Source: Azolla caroliniana
Lineage: Eukaryota > Plantae > Polypodiophyta
Length of the DNA: 64,000 bases
Reading direction: 5' to 3'
Assembly: GCA_043228905.1 (NCBI GenBank)
Contig: JBHGNT010000004.1
Coordinates: 372,001-436,000, forward strand
Shown: positions 28,196 through 40,486 of the stretch, piece after piece
How positions within the stretch are numbered: position 1 is the first letter of the stretch
Layout: each line of letters begins with the position of its first letter
Translations under genes and position numbers: made by a program
The notes under the pieces: generated by a model
What the model was told of the DNA's origin: nothing
Seen by the model: only the letters and a program-made list of their open reading frames with translations
Databases searched by the model: none

Positions 28196-30979
28196 TTACG
28201 GAGAATCATTACTATAACTAATATACAATGATGATTCCTCCTCATCATCCTCGGATGTACCAATCAGTGCATTATCTTCGTCATAAACCAAATGGTTTGA
28301 CTCTAGATTATATGTAGTAGATCTCGTTTGCCTTTGACTCGAGCCACCTTGTAGACCTGGTAATTTTTCTTTTATTATATCTATTGTTGACTTCCTTAAT
28401 CGTCCGGCTTTTGTAAGTGTGAAGTCGTACACGATGATATCCACATCAGAGATATCAAGGGTCGAGGTGTTACGAATGTTTCGCTTCCTCTTCCTACCTC
28501 CCCTTCTTGTTGGGCATTCAATCATCTCCAATGTATACTTACCTGTAAAAGCATTTGCACTTCTAGTGTTGTACCAAATTATGAACATTTATAGACTTGA
28601 TCGTGTTTTCTATTTCATGCATTAACACTTCTAGAATTTTACCAACCCAAAATTGGTGGCCATGTGAGTTCTCATCAGCCGGCGTTGCAATCAACATCCC
28701 CGCGGTGAGCTCTTGCAAATTGCCTTGCCATCTAACTTCGGCTGCTTTGGTCATCCTTGGTCCCACATAAATGTCTCTTTGTTGTGGATGGACTAAGCTG
28801 TCATTAATCGCATTTACTAGTTGCTCCGGAGTTCTATTTACGCGATCATGTTGCAGCGACCATGTGAATGGCGTTTCCAAATTCCAATTATCAACAGATA
28901 CACAATTGTCTATAATTTCTTTCTGATCACTATAAAATACATCCCACCATGACGTGTCTTGTTGTGCGGCATATTTCTTGGCGGCCTCAATATGCTTTCT
29001 TTTTTCTTCTAAGGCTTGGAGCCATGACCGTTTTTGTTTTGATACCAAGTTGCTCTGCAACTGTCCTTTCTTCTCAATTGGCATTTGCTTAGCTCCATGG
29101 ACAATTGTACTCGGCATACAAAGTAATAACTGGCAACCACCTTCAGGTTCCCATGTTGTAGAAGATGAATATTGTTTAGCATACAAAAGTGTAGAACCAC
29201 TTATTCCATTTTTCTTTATCATAAAAATGTGATTGAAACTTATATTGTTTAACTGAGCAAGCACTTTAACATTCCCACCACCCCCATCTAATATATATCT
29301 CTTAAAGTCATATACCTCCTTCAAGTGTAACACTTTTGGGTGTGGTGTATATGCATCACAAATGACATCAAATAGTTTAGGTAAAGTGAAAGCATCATGC
29401 CGAGACAACTATTTGGAGAATGTGCTAAACATCTGATCTATATGGTCATGTGTGTGGCCAACCAAAAGGAAATTGACTTTCACTTTCCTAAACAATTCTA
29501 GGTTGACCAACATACTTAGATAGCCAAATACAGTTGAATTTTTGTTCTCTCTAGCAGTATTGTCCAATTGAATGTATAGAACAGGGGGGAAAGGTTGGCC
29601 CCAAGACATCAAAACTCGGTGAATCACTATAAGTGTTAGGTTAGGGTCATTGTGAACATTGGGGTAAGTAATGAAGATGTGAGGTCGAACAGACCTATTA
29701 TAAGCCAAGCATCCCACCAAGTGCATTTGAACAAGGCACTCATCATTGACATCTTTGGGGAGCCTCCGCATATGCGGCAAGCATGTCTTCTTCTGGTCCA
29801 TGCCATCTATCATTAAGCACATGTATTGTTCGGGCCTCTTCAAACACTTCTCTCTATGATGCATCGCCTTCTTTCGTTCTAAGGATTGTGCCTCACGATG
29901 CTCTTGTAGTAACTTCTTACTCGTATCCTTTTCCATTGATGTCTTTGCACCTTTAGCCAAACTTTTAAGATTTGCACAAATGGAGCAATACCCCATACGT
30001 ACTTTACGAGGAATAATAACATTTGAAAACCGAGCTCTCCATAATCTTGTGAATTGGCTATAGGTGATAGACTTATTACGTGAGCCCAGCATATCAGATC
30101 GATAGACATCATAAACTTCCCGACGTGTATAATTATTAGAAAGGTGCATCCTACCTGTAGTGACATTACTTCACAATTTAACTGAAAGTAAGTTTTCATC
30201 CAACCAATAGCATGTCTTCCAATTGCACCTTTCATACTTGGAACCTCTTTACAATTGAGCATCTGATCCCCGCTAAGTAGACGTTGTTGTACTCTATGTA
30301 GCCGCATGTTACTAACACATAACGCAATTTTGAATGCAACTCTACATATCTGTTGCACATGGAAGATATAATACTCGAATGATACTTTGATCCCTGTACA
30401 TTTGTCAGATACTAGTTGCATATGTGACCCGAGGTAAGTGTCTTGCTCATCACCAATCATCGAAAAATAGTATCGCCTTAATTCTCGCAACTTTGATTTT
30501 CCAATCATAGACATACAACCACGGGCACAACATATTTTTTTGACATCAAATCCAATCTGTTTATCTGATGTCACCAAGCTAAATCTAGCCAGACGAATTC
30601 TTCGTGGGATTCTTCTAATATGCATAGGGCTCCCAGATTTCTCTTCCTGCATAGAGGTTGGTGTAACCTTGTTACAATCTAATTCTCTGTTCTGACCATC
30701 GCCAATGTTATTCAATGTTTCCTAGGCACTACCTTCATTCTCCGTATCTTTATTAATATCGTATTCTTCAATAGAGAACTCTTCACATGTGTCATTATTT
30801 ACATTCCCTATAGATGAGCTCAGACAATATTCTTCGATAGAATATGGTGAGTCTGTCGACAAACAATATTCTTCAATCGAATATGGTGACTCTGTCGACA
30901 AACAATACTCTTCAGTAGAAAACGATGAGTCTGATGACAAACAATATTCTTCAATCGAGAACGGTGAATCTTCACTCAT
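28196..30979 (-). pseudogene. DDD-type transposase (Sola1-related, DGMDQ family), ~925 codons, 2 premature stops and 2 frameshifts
   Basis: C..C zinc motif (GYCSICANL), MIDGMDQKK, LYIQLDNTARENKN, FLLVGHTHDHIDQMFS. In-frame TAGs at 30722-30724 and 29409-29411; frameshifts near 30160 and 28590. Family name is from my recollection of motifs. Confidence 0.8.
30765..30975 (-). repeat. 36-bp coding tandem repeat (SPYSIEEYCLST) at the transposase N-terminus
   Basis: 4 full units plus 1 diverged unit visible in ORF 30722-30979. Confidence 0.85.
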
Positions 30980-30999
30980 GGCTTAGGGCTCTGTAAGTT

Positions 31000-31810
31000 A
31001 TGTGCTTAGGGTAAGGAAAAAAACTAATAAGCTCCTCTCTAAACATATACTCCTCTCTAAACATAAACTTCTCTCTAAACAAAAGCCAAATCAATAAAAT
31101 GTCTATATTATGTAATATTCTATTAATACAATACATAAAAATTTATTTTTAATAAAGTAATTGTATTTAAAATATCAATTATTATATAAACTACATCTAT
31201 ATGAAGTTAAATCAAGTATAATATAAATCTAATCATTAACAAGCCATGAATATGTTGGATTAATGTTAAAATCATTGGCTAATTAATGGCACCCATTTTG
31301 ATATAGAACCTTTCACTCATTGGTTCTTTAATGCTCACCATTTTAAATATTAGACTTATCAATCATTGGTTAATTCATGCCCACATCTTTAATACACAAC
31401 ATTTGAGAGTCATAAAAATTGTTGCTTTTAGTAATCAATCATTGGTACATTCATGAGCCTCTATCATTGTCTCCTTCATGACCTTTGAAATCATTGCAGG
31501 TTGTTATGACTATAAAAGATTGATCAATATGTTAGTTTGACTTTGTAATCATTAATGCAATCATAAGTTACTCTAGTTAATGTGACTGTGGTTACCAACT
31601 AACTATCCTCAAACTTACCAACCTTGGTTAAGGTGACTATGGTTACTTTAACCAATGTGGTCAATCCCTATAAATAGGAAGACCTCGTCATATTTCACTC
31701 ACAAGAGCGTACAGAGCGTACAGAGCACACAGAACGTACAGAGCACACAAAGCACACAGAGCACAAAGCACCAAAGCGCGATCTCCGCCTACACTGCCAC
31801 ACGATCAACC
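31000..31810. promoter_or_regulatory. probable divergent promoter region
   Basis: AT-rich with repeated (A)TCATTGG motifs; CCTATAAATAGG TATA box at ~31667, ACAGAGC repeats 31704-31770, ATG at 31811. Confidence 0.5.
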
Positions 31811-31896
31811 ATGTCTTCAAAGAGAATCGAGCGCGAGGACTCTAGGTAGGCCTCTGACACTGTGGACATTTTTGTAAATATGTTTTGTCGCTCAAG

Positions 31897-31962
31897 AACT
31901 CGATACGCCGTATCGAGTTCCTGTATACAATACAAACTTTATACAGGAACTCGATACGGCGT
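31897..31962. repeat. palindromic hairpin array, left part (units 1 and half of 2)
   Basis: GAACTCGATACG-C-CGTATCGAGTTC; unit 2 is split by the gypsy insertion. Confidence 0.85.
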
Positions 31963-32663
31963 TGTCGAGGTTTTCCTCGCGGATGCGTGGAATGAGGCGG
32001 GACCTCAGGGGTCCTGTACCGAAGAGCAAGAGAGAAAGGACAAGAGACCCACTACGTGCGAGCGTAGATTCACAGGGACACGGCCCTTCGATGCAAAGAC
32101 GGGAGTGGGACAGCGACACAAAGAGACACGAATGTATGTATGTATTAACAAAGACAACAACAAGAACACGGAAGCAACAAAAACACGAAGTCGGTTACAA
32201 CCGAACAGGCCGACGAACAGATGCCGATGCCTGTTCGTAAACGCACAGAAAGACAGGAGCAAGTTGGAGGTGCTGCTGGAAGCACTCGGGCATTCCTCAG
32301 AGCAGCGCGAGCCTCCCGAAACCTGCACAGAAGGAAGCTATGGAGTTTGCGAACCAGAGAGAGAGAGAAGCCTTCGCACGCAAACCGACAACACTTCGTC
32401 CTCGACTCTCCACGATCCCCTCCCCCTTCTCGTCTCCCTCCTTTTTATAGGCAAGGAAGGAGCTGTTTCCCCTTTACTTCCTACCCACTAAATCTACCCG
32501 CCTAGGATCTTCTATGGACAACATTCGAGAAGAGCCGGTTCCTACGCTCCTGTGCACCGATTCCGCTTGTGGACGGTTTTCTTCACGACATCCGCCCCCA
32601 CCTAACTGCGCATCCACCGGCATGCGCCAAATTGAGTCGAGACGGAGAAAACCGGTCCAGCCT

Positions 32664-35065
32664 TCATTCCCCGCCCGTCGGTTCTTCCTCGGTTTCGGAT
32701 CGTTCGTCGTCGCGGTCTAGGCCAACCGGATCCGGCTCGTCGTCGTGACGCTTCTTGAACGCTTTGATCCGCTTCCCAGCTACCGGTATCGTCATTCTCG
32801 TGTCGTCGAGCTCCGCCAGATGGTACGTCCCGTTGTCGTTGGCGCTTTGTACCATGTAAGGCCCGAACCACCTTCTTGCGAACTTCCGTGTCGCTCAGTG
32901 CTGGTTGTCAAGGCTGCTGTCGTAGACTAGCACCCAGTCGCCTTCCTCGATCTTCTTCGGTCGGAGCCGGTGTGTTCGGTCGAACCAGGCTTTGTTCCTC
33001 ATCCTTGCTTCCCGAAGCCTTTCCGCAGCCTGCTCCACGTCCTCCGGTCTTCGCTCGAGCTGTCGTATACGCGCCGTCAACAGTTCCTCCCGGCTCATCT
33101 CGTCTCTCCAGTCCACGGTTGCCCACGAGGAGATCGTACGTTCCATCGGCATGACCGGCTTCTGCCCAAACATGAGTTCTGCCGGCATGAATCCGGTTAC
33201 CGAATTGTGCGTAGTTCGGTCCGTCCACAACGCGTAAGGCAACAGCCGCGGCCAGTTCCCGACTTGACCTCCGCATGCCCGAACTAACGCCTTGACGATC
33301 GGTCTGTGTCCGCGCTCCACCTTCCCATTCGCCTCCGGATTGTACGCAGTGGTAAGCGAGAGCTTGACTCCTAGCCGGTCGAACAACTCCTCGGCCTCTT
33401 CGGCGTCCAACTCCCTGCGATCAGCCACGATCTTCCCGACACACCCGTACCGGCATATCACGTCCTCGATCAGGAACCGACATACGGCCGCGGTCGTTTT
33501 GTTCTGATGGGCTCGGCCTTCCACCTGGTTCGTCAGATCTTCTCGAGCCAGGACCAGATACCGCATCTGTCCTACTCCCATCGGCATCGTCACCAGGTCT
33601 ACCATCCATTTGAAGTGGATGGTCGGAGGGTATGTAGGGTGAAGCTCGTCCCGATGTCGGACTACGGAGTGCATCTGACAGCTCTCGCAAGTCGTCACGA
33701 ACCGATGCACATCCCGGTACAGTCCCGGCCACCAGTACTTCCCCTTTATCTTCGCGAACGTGGCCCACGTTCCACGGTGTCCGGCCCAAGGGTGTCGTGG
33801 TAGCCCGTCAACAACTCCTCCTGTTCTTCCTTCATCGCCACCACCCGGAGCGGGACGCCGTTCCTCTTCTTCGGGTGCTTCCATAAGTATCCGTCCCGGA
33901 GAAAGAATCGGTAAGCTTTCTTCCGGATCCGGTTGGCCTCGTCCTTCGTCCACGATGCATCCGGCGTCATCGTCCTCAAAAATCCACCGATCTGGAGCCA
34001 CTTGCCGTCGTACTTGCTCTCGTCGAAGTCGTTAAGTGCCGGAGTGCTCGTCCCATCGGTCGTCACGTACGCTGCCTCGAAGAAGTCCACGCCGACTTCT
34101 TGATCCTCCGAAACCATGCCGCCCTCGTCATCAAACCTCGCCCTCGAAAGCATGTCGGCCATGGCGTTGTCCTTTCCGGAAATGTGCCGTATTTCCGGGT
34201 CCAGGGACTTGATGTACGCTATCCACCTGAGCATTGCCAGGTTCGGTGTCCCGCATCCGGAAACCATGCCGAGAATTGGGAGGCAATCCGTCTCGATAAT
34301 CACTTCTGTCCCGATCAGGTAGTCTTTGTCGGCCTTTACTGCCGAAACGATACCCCAGAGTTCGCGTTTAACCTGGGCGTACCCTCGCTGTCGCTCACTG
34401 AGGACCTTCGCGCCGAATCGGATCGAGAACCGAATGCCGTCCTCGTCTTCTTGGTTGACGACCCATCCGATCCCGGTTGGACTCGTATCCACCATTATGT
34501 ATACCGGGGTACCCTTCTCGTAGACAGCCTTCTGGAGCGCCGGTGCTGCCGCAAGAGCTTCCTTCAGCTTCCGGACCGACTCCGTGTGCTCGTCTCGCCA
34601 CTCGAAATTTCGCCCTTTCTTCAGCAACCCGTATAGCAGCTCCGCCACGTAGGTGTAATGCGGGATCCATATGTGGTAGAACGCGCATGCCCCCAGGAAC
34701 CTCCGAACTTCCGTAACCGAGCTACAATCGGTCTTCATCGCGGAGATGGCTTCTACCTTTGCCGGAGATGGCTTCCGGCCATAAGGTCCACATAGGTGTC
34801 TGACCACCAGGATTTCCGATTGCCCGAAGGCCGATTTCTCCCCGGAGAAGGTGAGCCTCGCATCCTCTAGCCTTTGTAGCACCTTCTCGCAGTCGTCAAT
34901 GTGTGTCGCCACGAATCGCCGGCATCCGTCCGGCCCAACTGTCTCGTCCTTCTCCTCCACCGGGCACCCCTTGATCGGGATGTCGTCTAGAAACGGCATG
35001 GTGATGTCCGGGATGCAATCCCTCAGTACCTTGTTCATTGCATTCACCATGTGGGCTACCGAGTT
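32664..35065 (-). pseudogene. gypsy pol 3' part: RT (FLDD), RNase H, integrase; frameshifted
   Basis: MPFLDDIPIKG, VDTSPTGIG, ETDCLP, WAGHRGTWAT..C..CQ, WMVDLV, IVADR, NGKVERGH. Confidence 0.9.
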
Positions 35066-35070
35066 GGTCC

Positions 35071-38000
35071 TGTCGAATACAAGTGTATAATGGACGTATT
35101 CACACTATCCCTTTGTATAGCTCAAGTTTGGGCCATTTGTGTAATTAGCATAAATGGTAGTTGCCCTAAGTTTGTCACTATATAAAGTGACCTAGTAACC
35201 TTTTTGTAAGGTTGGTTGTATTATTGTTTTCTATTGAATAGAAAGAGTCTTGTGTGCCTCCTCCTCTCTCTCTCTCTCTCTCTATCTCTGTGCACGATCG
35301 TGGAAACTGTCATACGCAGGTACTCAACTAGAATCGAATGCTACTTGATCTTCCGCATTGACGGCCTTGTCTTCAACATTTGGTATCAGAGCGAGGTTCC
35401 TCAACCCGCTGTCGGCCGTCGTCTCAGCCTGCACAGCATTCGGTTCTTCGCTTCATCGCAGCCTGCACAGTATTCGGCCTTTCGCTTCATCCTAGTCTGC
35501 AAAGCATTCGGCCTCTTGCGTCATTCGAAGAAACAGAGAAGAAAGTAGGCAAACACAAGCTTAAATCTCGCTGCATTAGATCATCACTCGGAGTAAGCCA
35601 GTCGGCTGTACTCTACTTCCCTGATCGTAACTGCTTGAGGTGGGCTTTCTGCACAACGACGACTTCAAGGACAACCCCAGTTCGCGTTTCATTCGATTGG
35701 ACAATAATCGGAAGGACCAGTCGGTTCCATTGCTCTCACCGTTGAAGTCAACCGAAACCGAATCGGCTTGAAGTACTGTCGGATCGTTAAATCTAGGTTC
35801 AACTCGACTAAGACAGTTGTCGGTAGTCAATCCGAACCAAATCCCCGATTCTCCGTAATCAACATCACTTGTGTCCAACTTCGGCTAGAACGACACTGAG
35901 TGGGCCAAACCGCTGCACTTCACCAAAGTTCGTAGCCGACTTAGTGCAGAGTCATGACATCAACATCCGGCTCGTCAGAAATGAGTCTACGAAAGTTCGA
36001 TGGATCGAACTTCAACTTCTGGAAGGAGCAAATGCAGGACTATCTCATAGTCAAGGGGCAAATCGATCCCATCGAAAATGAAGAACCTCCAGAAGGATAC
36101 AAACCAATTGAGTGGCAGAAGCTGGACAGAATCGTCCGCGCCACGATTCGGATGCACCTATCGGAATTGGTATACTTTACGGTGCAATCGTGTACGACAG
36201 CATTCGAACTGTGGAAAACACTGTCGGACACCTACGAGAAGAAGGTCGCTGCAACGAAGATGTTTCTGATCCGGCGCCTCTACAACTTGCGGATGAAGGA
36301 ATCAGATTCGGTTCAAGCACATCTCAATGAGTACGAAAGCATAAGCTCCCAAATCTCATCTCAGGGGACGGCAATCGAGGATGAACTCAGAGCAATGATA
36401 CTCATGAGCAGCCTTCCCTCATCATGGGAAACTTTCGTCACAACTGTGTGCAACGCGTCAACCACGGCTGTTAAATACTCCGAAGTCACGAGCGCAATCC
36501 TGACCGAAGCAGCTCGGAGAAAGTCTTTCGCCAAAGACTCAACAGACGACGCTTATGTAGTACAAGGTTCGACAGACCGATCGAACATACGAGGAAGAGA
36601 TTCCTCACGGCAGCCGAACAATCAGCGAAGACGGAGCCAGTCACGGGATAATCGAATCTGCAACTATTGCAAGAAACCCGGACACATCAAAGCCGACTGC
36701 CGCGCACTCAAGAACAAGAACGACAAGTCTCAGAAATCAGACAAGAAGAGTGGCCGGCATGAGGAGATCAATTACGTCAGCTTCTCAGCTGATGTGCTAC
36801 CAAACGACCCGAATATACTATCAATCGAAAATCCAGTCGGATCAGAAGTTCTGCTCACGACTGAAGAATCGAGCACATGGCTCTTAGATTCGGGCGCGTC
36901 ATTTCACGTGACTCCTCATCGATCCCAATTTCGGCAATATACGATCCGTCACTCCGACTCAGTTCGAGTCGGCAACTCGCAACACTGTGACATCATTGGA
37001 ATCGGCACAGTAGAGCTCAACCTTGCAGGTGGCTCTACACTTGTACTTCACAATGTCCGACATGTACCCGAGCTCTCAAGGCCATTGATCTCAGTCGGAC
37101 AACTAGATGAAGACGGCATTCGTGCCGGTTTTTGTTCGGGAGGGTGGACACTCCACAGGGGGAACCTCCTGCTTGCTAGAGGACCCAAGATACACTCACT
37201 GTATTCGTTACATGTTACGCTCAGAGAGGGTAACCTGTTTTTGGTGGATATTCCTGTGTCATCACTATGGCACAGAAGATTAGGACACCTCAGCAAGGCC
37301 GGCATTACGCACCTATCTAGAGCCGGATACATCCCTAAACTCTCCTTCTCAGACCATCAATTCTGCGAACATTGCCAGTATGGCAAACAAGCAGCCGCAT
37401 CACACCCGACATCAGCACCAAGAGAAACGAGACCTCTCGATTTAGTCCACTCGGACGTCTGTGGCCCAATGCCGCATCAGTCTCTCGGCGGTGCCTCTTA
37501 CTTCGTCAGTTTTATTGACGATTCGACTCGAAAGGTGTGGGCTTATCCAATTCGCACCAAAGATCGTGTCTTCTCGATCTTCTCCGACTGGCTCGCTATG
37601 GTAGAAAATCAAACTGACCGAAAACTGAAATGCTTTCGGACCGACAATGGGGGAGAGTTCAAATCAGAAGAATTCGTCAAATTCTGCCGACAACGCGGCA
37701 TCCGACGTGAATTTACGGCACCACACAGTCCGGAGCAAAACGGGATTGCAGAACACATGAATCGGACAATCCAAGAACGGATAGTTTCCATGCTCCAACA
37801 CTCCGGATTGTCGGATGGCTTCTGGGCAGAGGCTCTACTCACAGCAGTACACATAATCAATATGTCGCCAAGCAGACCTCTAGGACTTCAAATTCCTCAG
37901 GAACTATGGATCGGCAGTAAGCCGAATTACGACAAGCTGAGGATCTTCGGATGCGAGGCGTACGCCCTTATTCCGAAAGATGATCGCCGAAAACTTGCAC

Positions 38001-40486
38001 CTCGGTCCAGGAAATGCATTTTCCTTGGATATGGATCAGACGGCGAAATGGGATACCGACTCTGGGACCCCGAACGCAGACAAATCGTTCGAAGTTCGGA
38101 CGTTGTGTTCAACGAGTCGGCTATGAATCCATCAGTCGAAACACCGATCGAAGTCCGAAGGGTAACATTTTCCGATGTGCCGACCCTTCAAGAAGGCCCC
38201 GCTCTTAACACACGGTCAGCTTCACGGGTAGCTGAACCTTACACTACCGACTCGGACAACTCTGACTCGGCACAGCAGAATAATTCGCTCTCGGACCATC
38301 CGACCTCGATACCCGATACGACCAGTCCAATCATACCTCGACGATCCGAGAGACTGTCGCAACCTCCGGAGAGGTATTCTCCTGGAATTTTCTTCACCGA
38401 CGCCGGCGAACCGACGTCTTACGAAGAAGCATCGACATCTGTCGATTCAGCCACCTGGCATCTGGCGATGGAGTCGGAAATGCACTCCATTCGGGCAAAC
38501 AAGACTTGGGATCTGGTCGAATTACCTAAGAATCGACGTGCTCTTCCTTGCAAGTGGGTTTATCGACTAAAAGAGACGTCTGATTCGACCACCCCAAAGT
38601 ACAAGGCCAGATTAGTTGCGAAGGGCTTCCGACAAGAATATGGCGTCGACTTCGACGAGATTTTTTCACCAGTGGTGAAAATGACAACCCTTCGTTTTCT
38701 ACTCGGCGTAGTGGCAGCCGACAACTTGGAGCTGATTCAGCTAGATGTCAAAACAACCTTCCTCCATGGCGATCTTGAAGAGGAAATTTATATGGAGCAG
38801 CCAAAAGGCTTCGTGGCAACTGGCCAAGAACATCTAGTCTGCCGACTCAGGAAGAGTCTATACGGCCTCAAACAGGCACCGCGACAATGGTACAAGAAGT
38901 TCGACGACTTCATCCAATCGATCGGCTTCTCAAAAAGCGATGAGGACCATTGTCTTTTTACCAACACAGCTCAAGATGGATCACCCATCTTCCTCATCAT
39001 TTACGTGGACGACATGCTAATTTCTGGACGCCACGCGGGCGAACTTGCCGATCTCATTCGGCAATTGCGGTTGAAGTTTGCCATGAAGGACCTCGGTCCG
39101 GCACGACACATACTTGGCATGAAGATTAGTCGGCATCGCGATAAACGACATCTTTTTTTGTCTCAGACCGACTATATCGGACGTGTCTTGGAACGCTTCC
39201 ACATGCAATCGGCCAAATCTGCTTCAACCCCGCTCCCCATGAATCTTCGGCTCTCTCAGCGAGACTGCCCGACATCCGGTCTGGAGGGGGAAGATATGAA
39301 GTCGGTACCGTATGCACCGGCAGTCGGCTCCCTTATGTACCTGATGGTCGCGACACGGCCTGATATTTCTCATGCCGTAGGAGTCGTTAGCAGATTTATG
39401 CACAATCCTGGCCGATCGCATTGGAACGCAGTCAAGCATGTGTTCAAATATCTGGCTGGCACAAAAGACCACGACATTCTTTTCGGTCCGAACTCAACCT
39501 CAGGCGTAGTCGGTTACACCGACTCGGACTTCGCCGGCTGTATAGACAGTCGGAAATCAACAACTGGATACTGCTTCAAATTCGGCAATGGAGCAATTTC
39601 GTGGAAGTCGAAACTTCAGGAGTGCACAACGACCTCAACGACCGAAGCAGAATATGTAGCTGCGTCCGACGCTGCAAAAGAAGCTTTGTGGCTCGGCCGG
39701 CTGGCGCACACGTTTCGACAAGTCGACCATGACTCGGCCCCAGTTGTCTATAGCGACAGTCAAGGTGTTGTTGCCTTGTCGAAAAATCCGGTTCACCACA
39801 ACGCCTCCAAACATATCGACGTTCGATATCACTTCGTTCGGGACTGCGTCATTTCAGGGAAAATCGGTCTAGAGAAAATATCCACAACCGACAATGTCGC
39901 AGATGGAATGACCAAGTGTCTTTCGGCAGACCGCTTTCAGTCCCTTCGGCATCAGATGGGCGTAACAACAAACCAGTCCGGTTAGAGCTGGACACAGCGC
40001 AGGATGGTTTCAGACAACCGACATCAGTTCCTTAATGATCGGCTTCAACTCTTCCGACCCGACCAGTCCGGCCTTCTGCCTTCGGACCCTGCCGACTCGA
40101 ACAAAACTGATATGCCCGAGAACCTAGGTTTATACCTGTAATCTTAGATAACCCATGTATACGCCCATTACGGGGGAGTGTCGAATACAAGTGTATAATG
40201 GACGTATTCACACTATCCCTTTGTATAGCTCAAGTTTGGGCCATTTGTGTAATTAGCATAAATGGTAGTTGCCCTAAGTCTGTCACTATATAAAGTGACC
40301 TAGTAACCTTTTTGTAAGGTTGGTTGTATTATTGTTTTCTATTGAATAGAAAGAGTCTTGTGTGCCTCCTCCTCTCTCTCTCTCTCTCTCTATCTCTGTG
40401 CACGATCGTGGAAACTGTCATACGCAGGTACTCAACTAGAATCGAATGCTACTTGATCTTCCGCATTGACGGCCTTGTCTTCAACA
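35071..40486 (+). mobile_element. intact young Ty1/copia LTR retrotransposon nested in the gypsy RT
   Basis: 308-bp LTRs 35071-35378 and 40179-40486 with one mismatch seen, 5-bp TSD GGTCC, PBS TGGTATCAGAGC (tRNA-iMet), PPT GGGGGAG. Confidence 0.97.
35954..39985 (+). CDS. copia gag-pol polyprotein, 1343 aa, uninterrupted
   Basis: CNYCKKPGHIKADC knuckle, WLLDSGAS protease, WHRRLGH..CEHC, HSDVCGP/RTDNGGEF integrase, YKARLVAKG and YVDDML RT, YTDSDFAG/TEAEY RNase H. Confidence 0.97.
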   Translation: MTSTSGSSEMSLRKFDGSNFNFWKEQMQDYLIVKGQIDPIENEEPPEGYKPIEWQKLDRIVRATIRMHLSELVYFTVQSCTTAFELWKTLSDTYEKKVAATKMFLIRRLYNLRMKESDSVQAHLNEYESISSQISSQGTAIEDELRAMILMSSLPSSWETFVTTVCNASTTAVKYSEVTSAILTEAARRKSFAKDSTDDAYVVQGSTDRSNIRGRDSSRQPNNQRRRSQSRDNRICNYCKKPGHIKADCRALKNKNDKSQKSDKKSGRHEEINYVSFSADVLPNDPNILSIENPVGSEVLLTTEESSTWLLDSGASFHVTPHRSQFRQYTIRHSDSVRVGNSQHCDIIGIGTVELNLAGGSTLVLHNVRHVPELSRPLISVGQLDEDGIRAGFCSGGWTLHRGNLLLARGPKIHSLYSLHVTLREGNLFLVDIPVSSLWHRRLGHLSKAGITHLSRAGYIPKLSFSDHQFCEHCQYGKQAAASHPTSAPRETRPLDLVHSDVCGPMPHQSLGGASYFVSFIDDSTRKVWAYPIRTKDRVFSIFSDWLAMVENQTDRKLKCFRTDNGGEFKSEEFVKFCRQRGIRREFTAPHSPEQNGIAEHMNRTIQERIVSMLQHSGLSDGFWAEALLTAVHIINMSPSRPLGLQIPQELWIGSKPNYDKLRIFGCEAYALIPKDDRRKLAPRSRKCIFLGYGSDGEMGYRLWDPERRQIVRSSDVVFNESAMNPSVETPIEVRRVTFSDVPTLQEGPALNTRSASRVAEPYTTDSDNSDSAQQNNSLSDHPTSIPDTTSPIIPRRSERLSQPPERYSPGIFFTDAGEPTSYEEASTSVDSATWHLAMESEMHSIRANKTWDLVELPKNRRALPCKWVYRLKETSDSTTPKYKARLVAKGFRQEYGVDFDEIFSPVVKMTTLRFLLGVVAADNLELIQLDVKTTFLHGDLEEEIYMEQPKGFVATGQEHLVCRLRKSLYGLKQAPRQWYKKFDDFIQSIGFSKSDEDHCLFTNTAQDGSPIFLIIYVDDMLISGRHAGELADLIRQLRLKFAMKDLGPARHILGMKISRHRDKRHLFLSQTDYIGRVLERFHMQSAKSASTPLPMNLRLSQRDCPTSGLEGEDMKSVPYAPAVGSLMYLMVATRPDISHAVGVVSRFMHNPGRSHWNAVKHVFKYLAGTKDHDILFGPNSTSGVVGYTDSDFAGCIDSRKSTTGYCFKFGNGAISWKSKLQECTTTSTTEAEYVAASDAAKEALWLGRLAHTFRQVDHDSAPVVYSDSQGVVALSKNPVHHNASKHIDVRYHFVRDCVISGKIGLEKISTTDNVADGMTKCLSADRFQSLRHQMGVTTNQSG

